From an uncultured Cytophagales bacterium (lineage in GTDB: Bacteria > Bacteroidota > Bacteroidia > Cytophagales > JAAEPT01), in assembly GCA_964511645.1 (NCBI GenBank), contig CAZEGV010000005.1:1157-65156 (forward strand): a stretch of 64,000 bases of DNA, written 5' to 3'. Every line of letters starts with the position of its first letter. Positions within the stretch are counted from its first letter, which is position 1. The notes under the pieces were generated by a model. It was not told the DNA's origin and ran no database searches. It was given only the letters and a program-made list of their open reading frames with translations. This document shows positions 57,817 through 64,000 of the stretch, piece after piece. A program made the position numbers and the translations under genes.

Positions 57817-57860
57817 ACAATATCACTTTTTCCATATTAACCTTAAAATGGTATTGCTAA

Positions 57861-57889
57861 TTTGGGCGTTTCCCCACTCGCAAAAAAAA
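57861..57889 (-). repeat. Minimal or internally deleted copy of the structured intergenic element
   Basis: The reverse complement reads TTTTTTTTGCGAGTGGGGAAACGCCCAAA. This is the 5' leader T8-GCG(T)GAGGGG joined directly to the 3' end AACGCCC of the full copies. Confidence 0.45.
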
Positions 57890-57963
57890 CAACTTATCGC
57901 TGTTTTAATTGTTTTTTTTTTAAAAGAATGCTGATTGGGTTATAAATGATAAAATTACCCTAT

Positions 57964-57999
57964 AAAAAAAGAGCTACACATTTGCTGTATAGCTCTTTT
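57964..57999. terminator. Bidirectional terminator downstream of the OMP gene (58023) and the DUF721 gene
   Basis: AGAGCTACACA (57970-57980) pairs with TGTATAGCTCT (57986-57996) with one mismatch and loop TTTGC. An A7 run lies upstream and a T4 run downstream. Confidence 0.6.
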
Positions 58000-58022
58000 A
58001 ATAAATCTGAATATTGTTAGTG

Positions 58023-58721
58023 TTATATCCTCAATGCAATTCCTACGCTTAAGTTAACAGAACCCATACTTTGCTTAAAACTATTGGTGTCTTTTCCGCC
58101 CAAACTATCAGTAATTTTCACATCATTAAACTCTGGATTTGAACCAATATAGTCCAAATTAGTCAATAAGCTTACTTTATTCCCTAAGTCAAACTTAAAC
58201 CCTGCACCAAGTAGATAGGCAAAAGAAGATGCCGATCCAGCATCTTGCTCAACCCAAAACTCTGTACCTAAAATCGGAGTTGACAATCGAAACGTAGGAG
58301 CTTTTGCAGTCAAAAAACCCATCATAAGCCTTGTGTCAAAGCTTACTTTCTCGGATATAGGAAACGAGCCATATCCACCTACCATTAGGCCACTAATACT
58401 CCAGCTTCCGCTCTCAAGTGACCATACTGTTCCAGGGTTCTCTTTTGCTACATCATCTACAAAAGCTTGTGCATCTATTGAGTGAGCTTGGCTGTGTAGC
58501 ATTGCCGTTATCCCAAAGTTTCCTTTTAGCTTGTATGCAAATGAGAGGTTAAAATTAACTCCTGAGTTAGCAAACCCTGCCGCATCATTGTCTATGTTTT
58601 TACTAACGAAATCTCCAGTTGGAGTGCTAAACCCCAAAGAGAGTCCAATATAGCCCTTCTTTTCTTGTGTGTAGCCAAGTACGCTGATACTTGTAAGTAA
58701 AACTAATAATGTCTTTTTCAT
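58023..58721 (-). CDS. Outer-membrane beta-barrel protein
   Basis: 232 aa with the signal peptide LLVLLTSISVLGYTQE and alternating amphipathic beta strands (GYIGLSLGFSTP, FNLSFAYKL, FGITAMLHSQ ...). Confidence 0.65.
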   Translation of the reverse strand: MKKTLLVLLTSISVLGYTQEKKGYIGLSLGFSTPTGDFVSKNIDNDAAGFANSGVNFNLSFAYKLKGNFGITAMLHSQAHSIDAQAFVDDVAKENPGTVWSLESGSWSISGLMVGGYGSFPISEKVSFDTRLMMGFLTAKAPTFRLSTPILGTEFWVEQDAGSASSFAYLLGAGFKFDLGNKVSLLTNLDYIGSNPEFNDVKITDSLGGKDTNSFKQSMGSVNLSVGIALRI

Positions 58722-58765
58722 ATTTTGTTTATTTTATTTTTACAAAAAAAGACATTATTAATTTC

Positions 58766-58796
58766 TTAAATTATAGCATATAACGCTATAATTTAA
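58766..58796. promoter_or_regulatory. 12-bp perfect palindrome, candidate operator of the adjacent XRE regulator
   Basis: TTAAATTATAGC (58766-58777), 7-nt spacer ATATAAC, GCTATAATTTAA (58785-58796). It sits in the divergent region between the OMP gene and the XRE gene. Confidence 0.45.
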
Positions 58797-58824
58797 AACT
58801 AATATTATCCTTTACTTACGGTGT

Positions 58825-59070
58825 GTGAGAAAGGGGGTAGATATTGAGTATATAAAAGCTTTTGGGAGGCATCTAGCCAAAACAAGGAAGGCAAAAGGCT
58901 TTACTCAAGAAGGGGTATGTTATGATATTGACTTATCTTTGTCTCAAATTGCAAGAATAGAAACAGGAAAAATTTGCCCATCAATTGATACCGTCCTTCG
59001 TATCGCTAAAGGTTTGGGCGTGCATCCAAAAGATTTGTTTGATTTTGAGGTAACTAGTACATCGGTTTAA
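58825..59070 (+). CDS. XRE-family helix-turn-helix transcriptional regulator
   Basis: 81 aa with a GTG start and the HTH_3 core KGFTQEGVCYDIDLSLSQIARIETGKICPSIDTVLRIAKGLGVHPKDLF. Confidence 0.8.
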   Translation: MRKGVDIEYIKAFGRHLAKTRKAKGFTQEGVCYDIDLSLSQIARIETGKICPSIDTVLRIAKGLGVHPKDLFDFEVTSTSV

Positions 59071-59090
59071 TTATAGCGTAAGTTTTTTTT

Positions 59091-59205
59091 GCGTGAGGGA
59101 TAGTAACGGCATCCTTTTTTTGACTTAAAAACAATAATAAATAAAAAAAGATATAGCGCATAGCCCGACATCATTTCGCTTTTTCAGCGAGATGATGGCA
59201 CGCCC
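59091..59205 (+). repeat. Structured intergenic element, copy E
   Basis: The sequence is GCGTGA-GGGATAGTAACGGCATCC-[T7...A7 hairpin]-GATATAGCGCATAGCCCGAC-[12-bp hairpin 59169-59180/59186-59197 with one G-T]-GGCACGCCC. It abuts the speE-like stop codon (59206). Confidence 0.8.
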
Positions 59206-60804
59206 TTAATACAAGTCCCAATTACCCTTGAGGTAATAGTTAGGCAAACATGGTCTAGCCAATGTGTTTACTTTAATTCCGCTAGTATCCACCATCGGCT
59301 TGCCAAAAGAAGTCAACAAAGCAACTGACTCATTGTTTAACCATTTATGATTTTTTTTCGAGAAATCTGTTTGGTGAAGTTTTTTTTTCATCCCCACCTT
59401 ATTTAGTATCTTACTCCCAATCACCCAACCCCACTCTCCCATTGTAATCACCTGATTATGAATCGGTAAAGTATAAAATCCAGTCTCTTGCATCGTCTTT
59501 TCAATACAATAAAAAGCTTTGGTAGCAAAATAAGGACTCCCAGCCTGGGTAATCACAATACCATCATCTGCTAACAAATCATTGATGTACCCATAAAAAT
59601 TTTTGGTGTATAGTTTATTGATGTCAATCGTCCTTGGGTCAGGTAAGTCAATAATCACCAAATCATACTTTTTATTACTTTCACGGGCATATATAAAAGC
59701 GTCTTGGTGAATAATTGTCACTTTTTTATCTGACAAAGAGTGTTGATTCATACTCAATAACGCAGGATGAGTTGATGCTAAAATTGTCATTTTAGGGTCT
59801 AAATCTACTAGGGTAATCTCTTCTATTTCAGGATGTTTAAGCAGTTCTCTAACGGCACATCCGTCTCCTCCTCCCATAATAAGAATTTTTTGTTTTTGAT
59901 TGCTCAAGGCTAATGGGATTTGTACCAATGGCTCATGATACATCCATTCGTCAAAGGAAGATAATTGTTGATTACCATTGATAAATAACCAATAATAACC
60001 TTTGGATTCGGTAATAACTATTTTTTGGTATCGGCTTTGTTCTATGTGGATTATTTTGTCTTTATAACGCTTCTGCTCTCCAAAAAGAATAATTTTTTCG
60101 GAAAATACACAACCACTGATAATGAGTATGAAGGTTGCTAAAAAGGCGAATCGTAATGTGTTTTTTGATTTTAGAGAATTTGATAATTTAAAAATAATAA
60201 TAGACGCTACTAATAAGTTAACTAAACCTAAAGCGTAAGGGGTATAGGTCATTCCTAAATACGGAATTCCTATAAAAACAAAAAACACTCCGCCTATTAA
60301 GCTTCCTATATAATCCCATGACATCACAGAGGCTATGTTGAGTCGAAGTTCCTCGTATTTCTCATTAATTCTCGTGACGAGGGGTATTTCCATACCTATC
60401 AATAGACCTATGCAAATACTTAAGGCGTAAATAATAATACCGTAGTAAACGGTTCGTCCAGCGGCGACAAAGACAATAGATGCGGTAAAAGATATTAAAA
60501 TTGATAAGGCAATTTCAATCCACACAAATTTGTCTAATAAATCATGGATTAAAAAACGGCTCAAGCGACTACCTATTCCCATAGAGAATAGCATCACCGA
60601 TATAATCATCGTCCACTGAACGGTCGCATCGGGCAAAAAATAAGAGGCGAGTGTTGCCAAAATATATTCGGCAACTACGCCTGCTATACCTGTTGCTAGT
60701 AAAGAAAATTTAAGAATAGTTGAGCTTAAATCTTTGTGTTGATTATTTCCCAAATCCTCCTCCTCTTGACCTTGAGCTTCCTGAACTTCTGTACCTCGAT
60801 CCAC
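59206..60804 (-). CDS. speE: Polyamine aminopropyltransferase (spermidine-synthase-like) fused to an N-terminal polytopic membrane domain
   Basis: 532 aa with about 7 predicted TM helices in residues about 25-235. The C-terminal domain carries ILIMGGGDGCAVRELLKH..IEEITLVDLDPKM and VIIDLPDP, which are spermidine synthase blocks. The start is uncertain, because ATG 60804 overlaps the upstream gene by 62 nt. Confidence 0.85.
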   Translation of the reverse strand: MDRGTEVQEAQGQEEEDLGNNQHKDLSSTILKFSLLATGIAGVVAEYILATLASYFLPDATVQWTMIISVMLFSMGIGSRLSRFLIHDLLDKFVWIEIALSILISFTASIVFVAAGRTVYYGIIIYALSICIGLLIGMEIPLVTRINEKYEELRLNIASVMSWDYIGSLIGGVFFVFIGIPYLGMTYTPYALGLVNLLVASIIIFKLSNSLKSKNTLRFAFLATFILIISGCVFSEKIILFGEQKRYKDKIIHIEQSRYQKIVITESKGYYWLFINGNQQLSSFDEWMYHEPLVQIPLALSNQKQKILIMGGGDGCAVRELLKHPEIEEITLVDLDPKMTILASTHPALLSMNQHSLSDKKVTIIHQDAFIYARESNKKYDLVIIDLPDPRTIDINKLYTKNFYGYINDLLADDGIVITQAGSPYFATKAFYCIEKTMQETGFYTLPIHNQVITMGEWGWVIGSKILNKVGMKKKLHQTDFSKKNHKWLNNESVALLTSFGKPMVDTSGIKVNTLARPCLPNYYLKGNWDLY

Positions 60805-61453
60805 TGCGGTATTTTGATGTTCCGCTATTTATTCTTTTTTGCATTGCGGAGCTTTTTGTTCCATACTTAGGTGATCCTGTTGTTGTTTTGCCATAATAGG
60901 CTTGTCGACCACGGTAAGAAGAATTGTAAGTATTATAATTGTTTCGGTAAAACATACCACCGCCAAACATAGCACGCATAAACAGGTAGTTAGAGAAAAA
61001 ATGCCAAGTACCACCTCCCCAATGTCCATATCGAGAATTACCGACGTATCGGCTATAACCTAGTGGTGCTGGTATTTTTGAGATTTTACCTGTGGAGTCT
61101 TTAGACGCAATCACCATCCCCATATTATCTGCATGAGATTTAAAGAATGATTTACTAACCTTATACCAAGGTGTTGTAATAGTATAAGGTATTTTTTGTA
61201 CAAGCTCTTCTCCTGCATTGTTAATCATTAAACTGTCTTTTTCTTTTATGATTTTATATTGATGTTTGTAGTCACTACTAAATAAACCACTATTATCCTC
61301 TAAGTCATACAAAACAATATCATAAACAGGTTCATTTCCCATTTCTTTAATCATAATATCTATGGGGCTTTTTATGTGTTTGGGCTCTCCACCACAGGCG
61401 GTCAAAAACATTATCAATAAGCTCAATAATATGTATTTTAAATAATTTTTCAT
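60743..61453 (-). CDS. Lipoprotein with Ser/Arg/Gly-rich C-terminal tail (DUF4247-like)
   Basis: It has the lipobox LIMFLTACGG and a C-terminus ...SKYRSGSRYRSSGSSRSRGGGFGK. The GGGxGK ending resembles the recalled DUF4247 proteins that accompany speE/speD-like pairs. Confidence 0.55.
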   Translation of the reverse strand: MKNYLKYILLSLLIMFLTACGGEPKHIKSPIDIMIKEMGNEPVYDIVLYDLEDNSGLFSSDYKHQYKIIKEKDSLMINNAGEELVQKIPYTITTPWYKVSKSFFKSHADNMGMVIASKDSTGKISKIPAPLGYSRYVGNSRYGHWGGGTWHFFSNYLFMRAMFGGGMFYRNNYNTYNSSYRGRQAYYGKTTTGSPKYGTKSSAMQKRINSGTSKYRSGSRYRSSGSSRSRGGGFGK

Positions 61454-61836
61454 AATGTCTTAATTCGTTCATTTATAATATAATTCCCTCTTTCAAAATG
61501 CTTCTGAACACAGTTATCTGTTCCAAGTGATTTTTTGAGCCAAGCAATAGCTTTTTCAAAATTCAGCACTTCTCCACAAGTATAAATATCCACTGAAGCA
61601 AAACAATGTTCAGGCCAAGTATGAATACTTAAATGACTTTCTTTTATAATCACCATGCCTGATACGCCTTGCGGAGAAAAAGTATGAAACCGTTCATCAA
61701 CAATAGTTGCACCAGCCTGATTAGCAGCTTCTACCATTATTTCTTGTATAAGACTTGTGTTAGATAAGTCTTCGTTACATTGGTATAGATCTAACAATAC
61801 ATGTTGCCCAATTGGGGTAGAAAAATTATCGCTCAT
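61450..61836 (-). CDS. speD: S-adenosylmethionine decarboxylase proenzyme (small SpeH/SpeD class)
   Basis: 128 aa with the self-processing and active-site block IIKESHLSIHTWPE and DIYTCG. Confidence 0.88.
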   Translation of the reverse strand: MSDNFSTPIGQHVLLDLYQCNEDLSNTSLIQEIMVEAANQAGATIVDERFHTFSPQGVSGMVIIKESHLSIHTWPEHCFASVDIYTCGEVLNFEKAIAWLKKSLGTDNCVQKHFERGNYIINERIKTL

Positions 61837-61841
61837 CTTTT

Positions 61842-62429
61842 TTATAGTAGATTAATTTGATTTGTTTCTATTTCAAAACTAAGATATACTTTAGGATTTT
61901 CTCCTTCCACTACTTCTACAGAAATATATTTAGTATCTGTGCTGTCATAAAATTCTATAAAAGCATACAAATAACTTTGCTCTCCTTCATTTATATAACA
62001 TCTCGCACTTCCGCCACTGTCCATATAGTAAGCTTGTCCTAAGTAATGAAAAGCCAATTCTCCTTCTTTTATTTTTAACAAATCGTCTACAGCAACTCCT
62101 AATTCATTAATATTCAAAGTTCTGTTTCCTCCATTTATTTCATAAGGATCTATCGATTCTATTTGTAACCAGAACTCTTCTCCTCTATCCGATATGCAAT
62201 TGTATTCATACCAAAACAAATCGCCATCTTCTGCTTCATGTCTATTTTTAGATTTTACTTCTAACGTAAACTCTTCTTTCCTATCGCCAAATTTTTTAAT
62301 GGATAACTTAGTACCCACCTTCAAATCTTCCAAAGGTGTATTAAAACTTTTTTTCTTCCCTTTAAAAAAGAAATAAGCCCCAATTGCTGACAGAACTAGC
62401 AATAGGATTACAAATTGAGAATTTTCCAT
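61842..62429 (-). CDS. DUF4178-like membrane-anchored protein
   Basis: 195 aa with the N-terminal TM FVILLLVLSAIGAYFFF. The pattern ...FTLEVKSKNRHEAEDGDLFWYEYNCISDRGEEFWLQIE... resembles the DUF4178 core (W-x-E-Y ... WL-x-hydrophobic-E). Confidence 0.5.
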   Translation of the reverse strand: MENSQFVILLLVLSAIGAYFFFKGKKKSFNTPLEDLKVGTKLSIKKFGDRKEEFTLEVKSKNRHEAEDGDLFWYEYNCISDRGEEFWLQIESIDPYEINGGNRTLNINELGVAVDDLLKIKEGELAFHYLGQAYYMDSGGSARCYINEGEQSYLYAFIEFYDSTDTKYISVEVVEGENPKVYLSFEIETNQINLL

Positions 62430-62689
62430 AAACTTTATTTTTACCCCGAAAACAAAGTTAGTTTATTTTTTGATTTATCCTATACTCCAAAACATTCTTG
62501 ACTATCATTTTTTCTCCCTTTTTTGTCTTTGTTTTAGAAAAGTCCATCTCTTTTTTTAAGTAAGATGACCCATAAGACATTCTTCCTTTATGATTTATAG
62601 ATTAGATTGAGTATTTTGCCTTTCAATTTAGATTTATGTAGGTTACAAAACAGTCTAATATTGAATACACGTTATAATGGTATATAATA

Positions 62690-64000
62690 TGAAGAATTTT
62701 AAAAAGTCACTGCTGTTTTTGTTTTTGTTGATTTCTATTTTATCGATAGGGCAGAAAAGAGCTAATATTTGGTACTTCGGAAAATGGGCAGGGTTAGATT
62801 TTAACACAGTCCCCCCTACCTCTTTAACAACACCTCAAGTAGCTGCCAACATTAATACCTCTGAAGGCTCTGCTTCTATTTCTGACAACACGGGAATACT
62901 TCAGTTTTATACGGATGGGATAAACGTTTGGAATCGAAACCATGCGTTAATGACTACAAGTCTATGGGGAAACTCCTCTGCTGCTCAGTCAGGTATTATT
63001 CTCCCTGTTATTGGCAGTACAACTAAGTATTATGTTTTTACTGCTGAATCTATAACAAACAATGGCGGGACTGGTAAAGGAATTAATTACACTGTTATTG
63101 ACATGACTCTAAACGGTGGATTAGGGGGCGTTGAGCTAATCACAGGTGTCGAAACTAAAAATAAAATAATAAAAACAGGATATTTAAGTGAAATGAATGG
63201 GCTCGTCGCCCATTCTAACGGAACAGATTATTGGCTAATTAATCATGAATTAAATTCAAACAACTACATAATCACCCCTATTAATGCTACAGGAGTAGAT
63301 GTCGCTAATCAGCAATCAGTGTCCTTAGGCTATGCCCCAAAAAATGGAATTGGGTCTATTAAACCTTCACCCTGTGGAGATAAACTAGCCATTACTTATT
63401 GGGCAGAAGCTGGAGTTGGGGGAATTAGCCAAGTACAAATCATAGATTTCAATAATACAACAGGTACTCCTTCTGCTCCCATAGTTACTATTACAGGGAT
63501 AGATCCGTATGGTTTAGAGTTTTCTCCTAATGGACAATATTTATTTGTTTCAGACTTGGTTTCTAAGACAGTTTTCAGTTATCGGCTCTCTGACATGAAT
63601 AGAGTCACACTAGGTACGGTTGGGGGGGCTAAAGCTGGAGCTCTTCAACAAGGTCCTGATGGAAAAATTTATGTTGCTTCAGAGTACAACAGCTCTCCAT
63701 CATTTCTTGATGTAATAGACAACCCTAATACGGGTGGTACTTGGGTATCTAAAGGAGTTGCCTTAGCAACCACAGGAACTTTTGGAGCATTGTCTCAATT
63801 AGGACTTCCACCTTTTGTCCCTTCTTTTGTAAGTAATGTAGTACAAATTTCTCATACTGACTTATGTGTAAATACATCTATTAACTTTTCATATACGTTT
63901 ACGGGTACGCTTAGTGGTACACCTTTATGGGATTTTGGTGATGGTACAGGTACTTCAAATGCTAACTCACCCAACCACACCTATACCACTTCAGGTGATT
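62690..64000 (+). CDS. Large secreted surface protein, N-terminal part (PKD domain begins at the window edge)
   Basis: Not in the ORF track because it runs off the edge. ATG 62690 gives MKNFKKSLLFLFLLISILSIGQ, a signal peptide. The frame stays open for 437 codons and ends in ...PLWDFGDGTGTSNANSPNHTYTTSGD, a PKD-domain signature. Confidence 0.75.

Noticed and set aside
59196-59212. TGGCAC in GATGGCACGCCC as a sigma-54 -24 element
   Set aside because: No TTGC -12 element occurs at the required 5-nt spacing. The sequence is part of the 3' end of repeat copy E and lies at a convergent gene end.
1-64000. CRISPR arrays, tRNA genes and rRNA genes
   Set aside because: Reading the intergenic regions showed no regularly spaced short direct repeats and no cloverleaf-like or rRNA-like conserved sequence. 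A tRNAscan or Infernal run would be needed to be certain.

Overview
The window is an AT-rich Bacteroidota-type chromosomal segment. Supporting signs are several proteins with T9SS C-terminal sorting domains, the bamD-rpoZ-coaBC-DUF4835-recN and rpsU-xerC-like-hpf gene orders, and TAnnTTTG -7 promoter boxes. No tRNA, rRNA or CRISPR array was recognised. Most content is housekeeping: metE, an Lrp regulator, radC, a nuoH-N half-operon followed by purF, fabI, recN, tilS, rfbB-galE-ugd, fbaA, thrABC, lpxH, ftsH, rsfS, birA, purB, gpmI, mrp/nifU and a sigma-54 activator.

Observations that stand out:
1. A roughly 1.1 kb cassette sits between intact tilS and a diverged orphan copy of the tilS 3' end. 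It carries only an orphan HNH endonuclease gene and a perfect 24-bp hairpin, and no recombinase is visible.
2. A dispersed structured intergenic element occurs in 5 full copies and 1 minimal copy. It has conserved boxes, interchangeable hairpins and compensatory changes in its closing helix.
3. An envelope-associated polyamine module comprises a DUF4178-like protein, speD, a DUF4247-like lipoprotein and a membrane-fused speE.
4. NuoI carries a C-terminal tail of about 125 aa rich in KPKI repeats.
5. A sigma-54 activator lacks a DNA-binding domain and is translationally coupled to an unknown protein.
6. Two genes are interrupted: coaBC is split at an A-run, and a CDP-alcohol phosphatidyltransferase is frameshifted.

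All functional calls rest on motifs read from the supplied translations plus recalled family knowledge. No database search was possible.
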